A stretch of 64,000 nt of DNA from a virus: positions 7,824 to 71,823 of IMG/VR virus record IMGVR_UViG_3300033407_000001; one strand, 5' to 3'. Position 1 is the first letter of the stretch. Each line of letters starts with the position of its first letter. Below, one piece after another: positions 47,538-57,348 of the stretch. The notes under the pieces were generated by a model that did no database searches, was not told the origin of the DNA, and saw only the letters and a program-made list of their open reading frames with translations. Made by a program: the position numbers and the translations under genes.

Positions 47538-48806
47538 ATGGCAGCATTACCAATTCACTTAGGCCGGAGCGTATCCGGGGAACCGTTCACCCTTCCACTC
47601 TCAGCGCTTAAGCGACACTTTCTCGCGCTCGGTGGCACGGGCTCGGGCAAAACCGTGCTTTGCAAAGCCTTGATTGAAGAGTGCATCCGGTATCGATTGC
47701 CGTGCGTCGCGATTGACCTGCAAGGGGATATCCTTTCCCTTGCCCTGCAATCCATGGATTGCCCCGAAGGTGCCGTTCCCGTTTCCGACGTGACCCGTGA
47801 GAAGTACGCGGAGCGCCTCGATGTCAAGGTTTGGACCCCCGGCTCACGGGATGGAATTCCCGTGTCATTGGCGCCAGATATGACCATTCCAAACATTGCC
47901 GGCGTGGAGGATAGGGTTGCTATCATGGAGTCCATTGCCTGCGGTATCGGTACTATGCTTGGCAATTCCAAAGATGGAACGATTGCAGGCTTTTACACTA
48001 TCCTTGAGTATGCCGACCAGCACGGACTAGAGTGCAGCAATCTCGGTGACTTGGAGATGTTTCTCGCGGACCCACCGAACGAGCTAGCCGACGAGCTAGA
48101 GCATATTATGCCGGCCAAAGTGCGGGCCAACATGCTGGCATCGTTGAAGATTCGTCTCAAGGGGATGAATGGCCTCCTGTATGCCATGGGTCAAGGCATT
48201 GATATTGATGAATTATTCGGGCTTCGCTTGCCCGGTCCGCTTACCTACGGTAAGGCGCGGCTATCGATTATCTACCTTGCCCACTTGACGCAAGAGCGCC
48301 AGCAAGAGTTCCTGGCCCTATTGTTTTCAGCTATGTATCGCTGGATGCTGCGGCAAAGCGATGCTTTGTCTGGTGTTTTGTACCTGGACGAAATAGCCCC
48401 GTTTTGTCCCCCAGTGAGCAAACCCCCTGCTAAGGCGGGGCTGATGATGCTCTTGCGTCAAGCCAGAAAATACGGTCTCTGCACTGTACTTGCAACGCAA
48501 TCGCCGGGCGACCTGGATTATAAGGCGCTTGGCCAGATTGGTACGGTTGCGCTCGGTCGTATTACTCAGGGCCGGGACATTGGCAAAGTGGACGGTATGC
48601 TCTCGACCATACCTAACATCGATTCAGGGGCCATTGTAGCGGCTCTGCCTGGCCACAAGCGAGGCGAATTCGTGATTGTGAATCCAGACCACCTAGCGGC
48701 GCCAGAGTCCATCCAGGCGCGATGGTTGGCCACCGAGCATCGCATTGTGGAGCGCCAGAGCATCGGGTTGCTCGTTTCCGACGATGACCGTGAAATTCTA
48801 GGCTAG
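47538..48806 (+). CDS. HerA/FtsK-like P-loop ATPase (DUF87/DUF853-like)
   Basis: HFLALGGTGSGKT, LYLDEIA, RQARKYG...LATQSPGDLD; start fixed by class-B promoter. Confidence 0.88.
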   Translation: MAALPIHLGRSVSGEPFTLPLSALKRHFLALGGTGSGKTVLCKALIEECIRYRLPCVAIDLQGDILSLALQSMDCPEGAVPVSDVTREKYAERLDVKVWTPGSRDGIPVSLAPDMTIPNIAGVEDRVAIMESIACGIGTMLGNSKDGTIAGFYTILEYADQHGLECSNLGDLEMFLADPPNELADELEHIMPAKVRANMLASLKIRLKGMNGLLYAMGQGIDIDELFGLRLPGPLTYGKARLSIIYLAHLTQERQQEFLALLFSAMYRWMLRQSDALSGVLYLDEIAPFCPPVSKPPAKAGLMMLLRQARKYGLCTVLATQSPGDLDYKALGQIGTVALGRITQGRDIGKVDGMLSTIPNIDSGAIVAALPGHKRGEFVIVNPDHLAAPESIQARWLATEHRIVERQSIGLLVSDDDREILG

Positions 48807-48824
48807 CTGAGGTGTTTACTAGGC

Positions 48825-49007
48825 ATGAGCAAGACAGCCAAAGAGTTCTGGGCCGACGCCGAGAAGCGGAGCGCCAACCTTAACCGGGCCTTTGTTGAGA
48901 TTCAGCAAGGCCCGAATCCTCTCACCCCGGATGAAATCCGGATCTTGATCAACAAGCGGCCAGAGCAGTATGGGCGCTTCGAGAAGTATGCGACCCCGAA
49001 GGGCTGA
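48825..49007 (+). CDS. Small hypothetical protein
   Basis: Class-B promoter, downstream hairpin. Confidence 0.75.
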   Translation: MSKTAKEFWADAEKRSANLNRAFVEIQQGPNPLTPDEIRILINKRPEQYGRFEKYATPKG

Positions 49008-49100
49008 TCCCTCCGGGGCTTCGCCCTGTCGGCCTGAGTTTTCCTCCCAGGCTGGCTGATTTTCTCTGAAATTCCGCATGAGCTGAGGTGTTTATCTACT

Positions 49101-49289
49101 ATGAGCAACAAAAGCCAAACATACAGAGAGCTACTCCAATCCTTACTCGCACTCGATGAGAAGCAATTGTCCATGACTGTCACCGTGGAGATGGGTCCAG
49201 AGGATGAGTATTATCCGGCGGAGCTGAGGATCACAGATTCAGGTCATGAAGTTCTTGACGAGAATCATCCCGTTATTTTCGTCCCATAG
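49101..49289 (+). CDS. Small hypothetical protein
   Basis: Class-B promoter. Confidence 0.78.
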   Translation: MSNKSQTYRELLQSLLALDEKQLSMTVTVEMGPEDEYYPAELRITDSGHEVLDENHPVIFVP

Positions 49290-49396
49290 ATGAGCCCTGC
49301 GATCAAATCGCAGGGCTTCGCCCTGTTGCCATGAGTTTTCCTCCTAGGCTGTGCGCTTTCGCTGAAATTCTGGCGGAGCTGAGGTGTTTACTAGAT

Positions 49397-49786
49397 ATGA
49401 GCAACTCACTGAAACCAAAAATTGAAATGGTCCCAATGATTCCCTTCACCATCACCGAGAAGATGGCCGAGGCCGTGAACAAGCACTTCGAGTATGGGAC
49501 TGGACCGGCGCGACTGATAATGATTCGCAGCGGGCTTATCCAGGAGATTCGTATCCCAGGGATGCGGATGACTTCCAAGGCTCCCAAGTGTTCGACCATT
49601 CTCCGTAAGGAGTTCGGGATGAGTGGTAAGCCGGTCAAGCTGTTGCACCAGTTCGAGATTCTCCTTCAGATGACGGAAGTTCTCGATGGATGGGATTCGA
49701 CTACCATCGTTGAGAATGGGACCCTGCGAATCCTCACCGGGGAAGAGTCCGACGAGCTGAAGGCTCAGCACAAGGGCGTGGCATAA
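49397..49786 (+). CDS. Hypothetical protein
   Basis: Class-B promoter; terminator at 49789. Confidence 0.78.
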   Translation: MSNSLKPKIEMVPMIPFTITEKMAEAVNKHFEYGTGPARLIMIRSGLIQEIRIPGMRMTSKAPKCSTILRKEFGMSGKPVKLLHQFEILLQMTEVLDGWDSTTIVENGTLRILTGEESDELKAQHKGVA

Positions 49787-49788
49787 TC

Positions 49789-49811
49789 AGGGGGGCTTAG
49801 ACCCCCTTTTT
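49789..49811 (+). terminator. Intrinsic terminator
   Basis: GGGGGG-CTTAGA-CCCCC-TTTTT after the stop codon. Confidence 0.75.
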
Positions 49812-49917
49812 GTGATCAGGGATGGAAAACTCAGACTGTCTGTGGATATGCCCTGAGTTTTCCACAACAAGCTTTGCGTTGGGTGAAATTCCACAAGAGC
49901 TGAGGTGTTTACTGAGC

Positions 49918-50406
49918 ATGAGCAACAACTACACACAATTTTCTTTTGATTTCATCGTGCCGGAGAGCCAGCGAGGCTGGGTCTGTGAGGTGGTGGAACT
50001 CATTGACGAGCACACCGGTGATGAGCTGGAGGATGCTAGTCCACTACTTGTGGCTATTCCCGATTGGAATGAATACCAGGAACCAGGCTTCGACATCAGC
50101 ATCGACATGGAGAATGGGTGCTGCTGGATCTACGCTGAGGAGACCGGGAACGTGGACAACGTTATCGCCTTTCTCATGGCCCTGTTGATCAGGCTTGCCG
50201 ACGAGAGCCAGCGTGAGTTCGGGTTTATCAAGCGTGATTCTGCGCATCTCAAGGAGGTGGGATTCACCTACGCCGATACGTGCAGTTCCATGCGGGTCAA
50301 TGAGTTCGGAGGCGGGGCGGTTCGCGTCTATCTCAATGGAGGTGGCGTTTCCTTCCAGACCATGAGTGCCCACCAATGGCTCGCCGACGCGATGGCGGCG
50401 GATTAA
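49918..50406 (+). CDS. MGE-type hypothetical protein (TCS..R..EFGGGAV motif)
   Basis: Class-B promoter. Confidence 0.8.
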   Translation: MSNNYTQFSFDFIVPESQRGWVCEVVELIDEHTGDELEDASPLLVAIPDWNEYQEPGFDISIDMENGCCWIYAEETGNVDNVIAFLMALLIRLADESQREFGFIKRDSAHLKEVGFTYADTCSSMRVNEFGGGAVRVYLNGGGVSFQTMSAHQWLADAMAAD

Positions 50407-50441
50407 CTGAAATTCCGCATGAGCTGAGGTGTTTATTTACC

Positions 50442-50801
50442 ATGAGCAATGCAAAAAAAGAGTTCCGCTGTACTCGAAACAGCCCATATCAACATGAGTG
50501 TGCAGGCCAGCATGATCTGAAGGCCCGCCAAGGTCACTACATCCGCGCCGAGTCAAAGGAACAGGCCCTCACCGAGATGGCCCGTATCTTCATCGAAGAC
50601 AAGCATGGTTTCACTGCTGATTGCAAAGACAGGTGGGATGACAATGAGCTTCAGTTCGCCAGGCTACTCTCAGAGCTGGTGGCTGCCGGGCTTGACCACG
50701 AGACAATCGCTGGCGCGGCTGAGTCGATGGACTTGGACCCCGCCGAGGTGCAGGAAATTCTCGCTAGAGCTGAGACTGTCTTCGAGAAAGCAAAACCATA
50801 G
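50442..50801 (+). CDS. Hypothetical protein
   Basis: Class-B promoter. Confidence 0.78.
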   Translation: MSNAKKEFRCTRNSPYQHECAGQHDLKARQGHYIRAESKEQALTEMARIFIEDKHGFTADCKDRWDDNELQFARLLSELVAAGLDHETIAGAAESMDLDPAEVQEILARAETVFEKAKP

Positions 50802-50805
50802 GGAT

Positions 50806-50824
50806 AGGGGCTTCGGCCCTTTTC
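50806..50824 (+). terminator. Intrinsic terminator with cUUCGg loop
   Basis: AGGGGC-TTCG-GCCCTTTT. Confidence 0.75.
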
Positions 50825-50888
50825 CTATATATGGAAGAGTTTTCCTTGATAAGATGAAATTATGGGTTCACTCAGGTGTTTATAGACT

Positions 50889-51077
50889 ATGAGTACAAAC
50901 AGCAAGACAACCATCAGCCCGCCAACGGACACGGAGAGAATTGAGTCCCTCGAAAAACGTGTAGGCATCCTTGAATCGCAACTGCTCGTCTGTATGCGCT
51001 GGATGCGTCGGGAGGCGGAGAAGGAAGCCGTACTGAAAGATCCGGATTTCAAACCGATGGTGGTGGGTTTATCCTAG
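50889..51077 (+). CDS. Small hypothetical protein
   Basis: Class-B promoter. Confidence 0.72.
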   Translation: MSTNSKTTISPPTDTERIESLEKRVGILESQLLVCMRWMRREAEKEAVLKDPDFKPMVVGLS

Positions 51078-51289
51078 TAGTAGAACAACCAGGCACCTGC
51101 CGCAGACGACCCTACAGAGATGATCAGAAGGACCCATGGCACTCGCCTCGGGTTCCTTCTCTTTGGCATTGGAGTGATCAGTCCTTGATGAATGCTTCTT
51201 TTATAGTCCACGGTTACTGAGACTCTCTATGACCATCATCCAATTGTCTAGAGTCTGAAATTCTGGCGGAGCTGAGGTGTTTACTAGAT

Positions 51290-51760
51290 ATGAGCAACCA
51301 AATTAAAGTCAGCCCAGGTTCAGAGCTTATTGGCCTTTTGGGGCCAAAGGCTCTGCCCTCCATCGACACTTTTCGCGAGCTGGTTATCGCAGCGGCAATG
51401 AGCGATGACCACCTGCCGCCAGAGGTTCTTGCTGGAATCCTCACTGCATACATCGAGATGAACTCTCATCTGTGCGAGAATGAGGATGCCGGCTCCGACT
51501 TCGATCTCATCTACATGCCTGAGTCTGAGCAACTCTATCGAGAGTTCGCCGTCAAGGGGTTTCGCAAGGGCATGCGCAAAGACACCAGTGAATTCGATGA
51601 TGATGAAATATTCGAGAGGTGTTGTATGTATGAGTTCGAGGTTGCCGCATGGCCCGATCAACTGTTGGCCGACATTGCATTCGCTATCGGCTACCGCGAC
51701 GCAATGCAGGCCCAGGAGTTCTATCGCTATGCCAGTGAACAGAAGGGAGGGATGAGCTAA
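51290..51760 (+). CDS. Acidic hypothetical protein
   Basis: Class-B promoter. Confidence 0.78.
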   Translation: MSNQIKVSPGSELIGLLGPKALPSIDTFRELVIAAAMSDDHLPPEVLAGILTAYIEMNSHLCENEDAGSDFDLIYMPESEQLYREFAVKGFRKGMRKDTSEFDDDEIFERCCMYEFEVAAWPDQLLADIAFAIGYRDAMQAQEFYRYASEQKGGMS

Positions 51761-52092
51761 TGATGTTACTTTGCTACCTGTTCCCACCCCTTGCTGTTCT
51801 GCTTATGGGTAAGCCGGTCAGCTCCCTCTTCAACGCTTTTTTGACCTTCGGGTGTTTCTGGATGCCCGGTGTGCGACATGCTCTCGCCTGCTATGTTGAG
51901 TATGCCGCCGACAAGAAGTTCACGAAGGTGGTGGACGCAATCAACGACCCGGCCCATGCTCGCAGAGGTGCGAAGTCAGGCCCAGACGGCGTGACCCATG
52001 TAACCAATAACTATTACGGTCAGGCTCCATCCAGTGGAGGCCATGACCCCGGAGTCGGTGCCAACGGCACGGTATTCCGCAGAAAATCGTAG
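51760..52092 (+). CDS. YqaE/Pmp3-family small membrane protein with C-terminal extension
   Basis: LLCYLFPPLAVLL.GK....N..LT...W.PG..HAL. Confidence 0.75.
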   Translation: MMLLCYLFPPLAVLLMGKPVSSLFNAFLTFGCFWMPGVRHALACYVEYAADKKFTKVVDAINDPAHARRGAKSGPDGVTHVTNNYYGQAPSSGGHDPGVGANGTVFRRKS

Positions 52093-52362
52093 GGGTAATG
52101 TTGCTCATTATAAATGTCGGGGGAGGGTGGTTCCTCCCCCGGCGCCCCGCTTAAGCAATGGAAAACTCTAAGAGTTTTCTTTGCCGCGCAAGCGCTTGCG
52201 CTGGTACGATGTGATTCCACCGGGGCGGATAACACGCACCCATATTGATCGGCCTGCTCGCTGGCTTCGATGGCGAGACTGCCTACCTATAGAACACCTG
52301 AGCCAGAGTGAAGTTTCTGCGTTTTCGCTGAAATTCTGCGAGAGCTGAAGTGTTTATGTACC

Positions 52363-53799
52363 GTGAGCAATTCAATCACCAACAAGAACCCTTCCTTTTC
52401 TCTTTCCGACGCACCCGTGGGTGAGGTCCTATTCGACGCGGCGCGGCCAAAGCCGCTCGCACAAGAGGTCATTCCTGAGCGTGATGGCTCTTGGAATTCT
52501 CCAGGCGTTTCCGCCGAGGGCGCCGCTCGCGCCAAAGAAGACGAGCAAGCTGCTACTGCTGCGGGCTTCACCGTCGCCCCGCCGATCTACGAGATTGGCT
52601 CCCTGGTCAATCAGACCGGAGTTGAGAATTTCCGCGCATCTCGCGAGGAGTTCGAGGCAATGCCTACCGCTTTTGAGGCGTGCAGCAAGCTGGCCGCGCA
52701 AGTCCAGGCCGAGCAACGTCGCGACATCGTTATCGAAGTTCCGAATCTTCGGATGCTCGATGATGGTCGCCTTACTCGCGGCACGGGTGCCGGCATGCCC
52801 ATGAGCGAACGTGCCATGACCGGCCTGGCAACCCATGTTACCCCCGGTGGTGGTGGGTACCTTCGGGAGTGCCCTACGGAGCTTCGCGCTCTCAACGTCA
52901 ATCACTGGTGTGAGAACGGGTATCGTGAAGATGTCCGCGCGACCAATCGACTCATGCGCGAGTGGCAAGAGCAGGGCTGCTTTGATGCTCAGCCCGCCCC
53001 GGTGATTGTCCCTCGCGAGATCACTCTTCGCACCCGTATCAACGGGTCCGATGGTCGCCGCGAGAATTTCGCCGTGGTCGGCCCTCGCTACTCTGCGCAT
53101 GACATTGACGCCATTGCCAATCAGGTGATGTCCAGCGAGGCGATTCCCGCCGATGCTCGCGCCAACGTCACCTATGACGGGTACCGCTCGCGCATTGACG
53201 TGCTGTTTCACAGCAATGTCCAGCCGGAGCGAGTCGTCGCTGGCGAGATTTTCAAGGCCGGAATCATGCTGAAGACTGCCGATGATGGCAGCGGTTCGAT
53301 TCAGATTGCTGCCCAGCTATGGCGCAACCTGTGTCTCAATCTCATCATTGTGGACCACGCCAGAGACATGGTGATGCGCCGCTCGCACCGTGGCGACGGA
53401 ATCGCCGATGCTGTCAATATTGGCATCCGGGACGCCATGAAGAAGGTGGAGTATTTCTGCCAAAAATGGAGCGAGGCAACCCTGGAGAACGTCCTGGAGA
53501 AGTACGGATGCGCCGATATCGAATCCGTGTTCCGTGGACTCATCTTCAACAAGGTGGTCAACATTGGTGGCGTTGCCCCCCAGGCCATGCACGCTCGCCT
53601 GATGAGGGCATGGGAAGCTGAGCCTGGCAATGACAAGACGGCTATCGTCAATGCCATCACTCGCTCGGCTCACACCGAGACCTGGAAGCGCTGGACCATC
53701 GTTGAGGAGCTTGAGACCCTCGGCGGGGCGATGCTCTTCGCCAAAGATTGGAAGGTGTCCATCCCTGAAAAGGTGGACCTGGCCAAGCTGGGCTACTAG
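52363..53799 (+). CDS. DUF932-like protein
   Basis: FAVVGPRY, LKTADDGSGSIQI...WRNLCLN; GTG start fixed by class-B promoter. Confidence 0.65.
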   Translation: MSNSITNKNPSFSLSDAPVGEVLFDAARPKPLAQEVIPERDGSWNSPGVSAEGAARAKEDEQAATAAGFTVAPPIYEIGSLVNQTGVENFRASREEFEAMPTAFEACSKLAAQVQAEQRRDIVIEVPNLRMLDDGRLTRGTGAGMPMSERAMTGLATHVTPGGGGYLRECPTELRALNVNHWCENGYREDVRATNRLMREWQEQGCFDAQPAPVIVPREITLRTRINGSDGRRENFAVVGPRYSAHDIDAIANQVMSSEAIPADARANVTYDGYRSRIDVLFHSNVQPERVVAGEIFKAGIMLKTADDGSGSIQIAAQLWRNLCLNLIIVDHARDMVMRRSHRGDGIADAVNIGIRDAMKKVEYFCQKWSEATLENVLEKYGCADIESVFRGLIFNKVVNIGGVAPQAMHARLMRAWEAEPGNDKTAIVNAITRSAHTETWKRWTIVEELETLGGAMLFAKDWKVSIPEKVDLAKLGY

Positions 53800-53916
53800 T
53801 CCAGGCGGGACGGCGGGGGCTCAGGCCCTCGCTTTTCCTTTGGTGCCATGAGTTTTCCGATTAGATCTGCCTGCGCTTTCGCTGAAATTCCATAGGAGCT
53901 GAAGTGTTTACTAGGC

Positions 53917-54123
53917 ATGAGCAACAAACAAAAATTCATAGTCGAGGTTAGGGAGGTCCACGTCGCGACCCACGAGGTTGAGGCCATGTCTGTCGATCAG
54001 GCCATCCACCTTGTGAAGCGAGGATTCTCGGAGGCGGTCGATACTGAGTACAGCCACACGCTCCCGGAGGGGACGTGGGTTGTCACGGATGACGATGGCG
54101 CCGTCCTGAAAGATCAGGAGTAG
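53917..54123 (+). CDS. Small hypothetical protein
   Basis: Class-B promoter. Confidence 0.75.
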   Translation: MSNKQKFIVEVREVHVATHEVEAMSVDQAIHLVKRGFSEAVDTEYSHTLPEGTWVVTDDDGAVLKDQE

Positions 54124-54127
54124 GACC

Positions 54128-54298
54128 ATGAGTGACTACAGAGCAAATCGCACCGCCGCCTTGCTTGTCTTTGGTGAGCATGTCACTGAGAAGCAAATCG
54201 AGAAAGCCCTGGCGACTTTGGAGCATTTGCTGGAGCGTGAGCCACGAGTCGAGGATTACGACAATCGGTATGCCGACCCGGTCCTCTACTTCCCATAG
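54128..54298 (+). CDS. Small hypothetical protein (56 aa, not in ORF track)
   Basis: ATG 4 nt after the previous stop; followed by a hairpin and GAGTTTTCC. Confidence 0.55.
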   Translation: MSDYRANRTAALLVFGEHVTEKQIEKALATLEHLLEREPRVEDYDNRYADPVLYFP

Positions 54299-54402
54299 CA
54301 GCCCTAAGCCGAAAGGCTTGGGGCTTTGCCCTATGGGCCTGAGTTTTCCTGTATCCTCGGCGGTTCGCTGAAATTCTGCGAGAGCTGAAGTGTTTATTGG
54401 CC

Positions 54403-54564
54403 ATGAGCAAGCAAACCATCAAGACCATTTCTCGCGTCGAGGTCATTCTCGCTAAGGCTAAGGCTCCCTGTGGAACCTATCCTGGCGCGAATCGCTCGCG
54501 CAAATTCGTGGACCGCAAGCGCAAGGCAAACAAGAATGCCTGTCGCGGCAAGGTGAAATTCTAG
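54403..54564 (+). CDS. Small basic protein (53 aa, not in ORF track)
   Basis: Class-B promoter; MSKQTIK...RKRKANKNACRGKVKF. Confidence 0.7.
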   Translation: MSKQTIKTISRVEVILAKAKAPCGTYPGANRSRKFVDRKRKANKNACRGKVKF

Positions 54565-54587
54565 CGTTGCTGAGGTGTTTATAATAT

Positions 54588-54884
54588 ATGAGCAACAAAC
54601 AAAATAACCCTGCCAACCCTACCGTCGAACTCGATGGCCTGGAAGTGGAAATCACCAGAGGTGTCGATGGCGCCCTGGTGGTATCTATCTCCGGTCCTGG
54701 TGATGACGACACGACCGCGCTCGGCTCGCCGGACATCCGTGTCTGGCTGAACGATGCCCTTATCTACGCCCACGGGGAGACCGGCGATGATCTGCAATGG
54801 ACGCCACCGACCGCGCCAGATCAGATTGTCGTCAATCCAGACCCGAGGGCGATCTCAAAGAAGCATTACGGAGATGACCAATGA
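54588..54884 (+). CDS. Hypothetical protein
   Basis: Class-B promoter. Confidence 0.75.
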   Translation: MSNKQNNPANPTVELDGLEVEITRGVDGALVVSISGPGDDDTTALGSPDIRVWLNDALIYAHGETGDDLQWTPPTAPDQIVVNPDPRAISKKHYGDDQ

Positions 54885-55222
54885 GTGAGCATCGAGAGAT
54901 CAATTGTCCCATTTGTCCTGGCCCGATATGTAAGCTGGACGGGAGCGTGGCCCCTGATTACGGGGATAAGGTCTACGTCTTGACCTACACTCACAAGCAC
55001 GGTGAAGATCATGCAGTCCATATAACCTATGAAGGTGCCCTCAAGGCGGCATATGCGCTGGCCGATGAGCGTGTCGATGAGTCCTGGTGTGATTCCGAGA
55101 ACGAGGCGAAATTCAAGGGGATTGAGGATAAGACAGCAGCCCTCGCCTTTTTCCATGACATCGAGAACGAGACCAGCTACGGGGAGATACTGGAGATCTA
55201 CGAAACGCCACTGAGGGACTAG
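54881..55222 (+). CDS. Hypothetical protein
   Basis: ATGA-coupled to the upstream gene. Confidence 0.7.
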   Translation: MSEHREINCPICPGPICKLDGSVAPDYGDKVYVLTYTHKHGEDHAVHITYEGALKAAYALADERVDESWCDSENEAKFKGIEDKTAALAFFHDIENETSYGEILEIYETPLRD

Positions 55223-55325
55223 TTCCCTCGGCCCTTCGGGGCCTATGTATTGGAAAACTCTATGAGTTTTCTACTATTAGCAACAGAAAGTCGCCAAGGG
55301 AGATGATCTCCCCGGCGACTTGGCA

Positions 55326-55679
55326 CTACTGTGCGGCTTGGTTTTCGACTGCTTTCCGTGGCTTCGCGAGGCGACGCAAGCGGTCTTTCGCAGCCGAGGT
55401 GAGACGATATTGGCCGTCTCCGATCTCCTCGGGATGCTCAATCCACTTGGCTTTCACCAGGCGACGAACGGTGTTGCGAACTCGTGAATTTGCCTTGGCT
55501 TTGCCGAGGCCCTTCCATTTACATTCAACGATCAGTTCTTTGATGGTCAAGATGGGGCGGCCTGGTTTGGCGAGCGCTTTAACGATTTTCAGTTCGTTGT
55601 CGCTTAGCTCCGAGTAGTGGAGCTTCAGCTCCCCCCCTCGCTGCCCTTGCTTCGATTTCAGCTCGGTTTGTTTACTCAT
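55326..55679 (-). CDS. Winged-helix DNA-binding protein (paralogue of 56049..56750)
   Basis: SRVRNTVRRLV...IGDGQY; class-B promoter. Confidence 0.72.
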   Translation of the reverse strand: MSKQTELKSKQGQRGGELKLHYSELSDNELKIVKALAKPGRPILTIKELIVECKWKGLGKAKANSRVRNTVRRLVKAKWIEHPEEIGDGQYRLTSAAKDRLRRLAKPRKAVENQAAQ

Positions 55680-55920
55680 AATTCATAAACACCTATTGGT
55701 TCTCATAATTTCACAATCATTGAGGAATTATAAAAAGTCTAACATTATTACGGCTCTAGTCAATGCAAAGTACAGATCGAGGCTACTTTATTTTTACAGG
55801 CTCATTTAACCCACAGCCTGTGGACATAAAAAAATAGATCTCCGGTAACATTACTAGTTTGAGAAACCTTCAATGAAGTCAACGCAGTTAGATCTTTATC
55901 CACAGATACATCCACAATGC
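55680..55920. promoter_or_regulatory. AT-rich region with DnaA-box-like 9-mers (candidate origin or control region)
   Basis: TTATCCACA at 55896-55904; near-boxes at 55807, 55819 (reverse) and 55908; two TAGATCT. Confidence 0.4.
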
Positions 55921-56048
55921 CTCGTTTTTGCTGGACAAATAGGTGCCTGGATTTTGTTGACCACGATCTCTGGCTGATGCTAGGTAGGTTCTCGGGAGAT
56001 AGTCCGCCGGATACTGAAATTCTGTCGGTTCTGAGGTGTTTACTGAAC

Positions 56049-56750
56049 ATGAGCAAGCAACTGCATGTCATTGATAATGGTGTGGTATTCAACTCTGGGC
56101 AGAGGGGTAAGCCTCTCGATTTAGAGTTCAGCCAACTGAACAAGGATGAGCAGGCTGTTTTGCAGACGCTCCGCCAGTCCGGGGATCGAATGAAGATCAT
56201 ATCCATCATGGAGGCGCTCGAATGGGACATCCCAGTTGTGCCGTTCTCGCCAGAGTATTGCAAAGTCAAAGGGTATAGCAGGGTTCGCAACGCTGTGCGG
56301 CGCCTTGTTCGCTCTGGGATGATCATGCACAGTAGTGCCATTGGTGACGGAACCTATATGGTTCCCGATATCGTTCCGGTTGCTACCATTGCCCCGGTCA
56401 AGCTCTTGCCGGTTGCCAATCCCCTGCCGGTTGACATCGATAGCATCACCAAAAGGGCCATGGCGGCTGGCAGGAAGAGTGACTGTGCATTCTACAATGC
56501 CTGCCTAGATCAGGCTATCAGTAACAAATGGGATGGTTTCTCGTGCCATGGATGTAGGGCTTACGCTGAGCCCGATGAGTTCCAGAAGGAACAGAACATT
56601 CTTGGGCTTCGCGCCGTTCAGACAGCCGCAGATCTGGTGGCCAAACATGGCAAGGTCAACCGGATTCGTGGCGTGAAGCCTGGCGCAGATGCAAAGCGTA
56701 ACTCCGGCGAGATGGTGAGTCTGTCTGAAGTCATGGCGATGACGGACTAG
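56049..56750 (+). CDS. Winged-helix protein with C-terminal Cys-cluster domain
   Basis: SRVRNAVRRLV...IGDGTY; C..Y..C...SCHGC; class-B promoter. Confidence 0.75.
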   Translation: MSKQLHVIDNGVVFNSGQRGKPLDLEFSQLNKDEQAVLQTLRQSGDRMKIISIMEALEWDIPVVPFSPEYCKVKGYSRVRNAVRRLVRSGMIMHSSAIGDGTYMVPDIVPVATIAPVKLLPVANPLPVDIDSITKRAMAAGRKSDCAFYNACLDQAISNKWDGFSCHGCRAYAEPDEFQKEQNILGLRAVQTAADLVAKHGKVNRIRGVKPGADAKRNSGEMVSLSEVMAMTD

Positions 56751-57015
56751 CTACAGCTGGGGCAATCGTCCGAGCTTGAGATAGAAGATCCCGCATATCG
56801 CAACGACGAGCACTGCCCAGAGGATCTTCTTCGACTTGGTGATCTGAACATTGGGAAGATAGGCATCTATCAGGCTTCCCAGCGACCATCCAAGTAGGCC
56901 GCTGAGCAGGGATATAATGATCAGTCGAGTATCTGGATCCATAGTGGATCCTTTTACCCTTGGGGATCTGAAAACTCTATGAGTTTTCCTGTCTTGGGCC
57001 GGAGGCCGCGATGGC

Positions 57016-57270
57016 TCAGCTCTCAACGGGGGAGATGATGATTTTCACCAGGATGAGGTCAAGGTCATCAAGGTCATCTCCATAGATTTCCTCTTCTTTG
57101 CACATACCAAGGTGTTCTTTGGCTTCCTCGGGTGTGTCAAACAGATGATCGAATGGGTGCTCATATCTCATGGGATCGTCCAGGGGTATGACGTAAAGTG
57201 GTTGGCCATCGCCACAGACAAGCTGGCGATAGGCATAGTGTGTAGTTGATGGCTGTTTTGCATTGCTCAT
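57016..57270 (-). CDS. Hypothetical protein
   Basis: Class-B promoter (divergent pair). Confidence 0.75.
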   Translation of the reverse strand: MSNAKQPSTTHYAYRQLVCGDGQPLYVIPLDDPMRYEHPFDHLFDTPEEAKEHLGMCKEEEIYGDDLDDLDLILVKIIISPVES

Positions 57271-57348
57271 GGCTGGTAAACACCTCAGCTAGCCCAGAAT
57301 TTCAGTGAATTGTCTGAAATTCTATCGGCTCCCAGGTGTTTACTAAAC

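Noticed and set aside
52525-52553. GCTCGC..CAAAG..GACGAGCAAGCTG, resembling the CRISPR repeat
   Set aside because: Inside the DUF932-like CDS (ARAKEDEQAA), lacks the GTC end and correct stem spacing; probably chance
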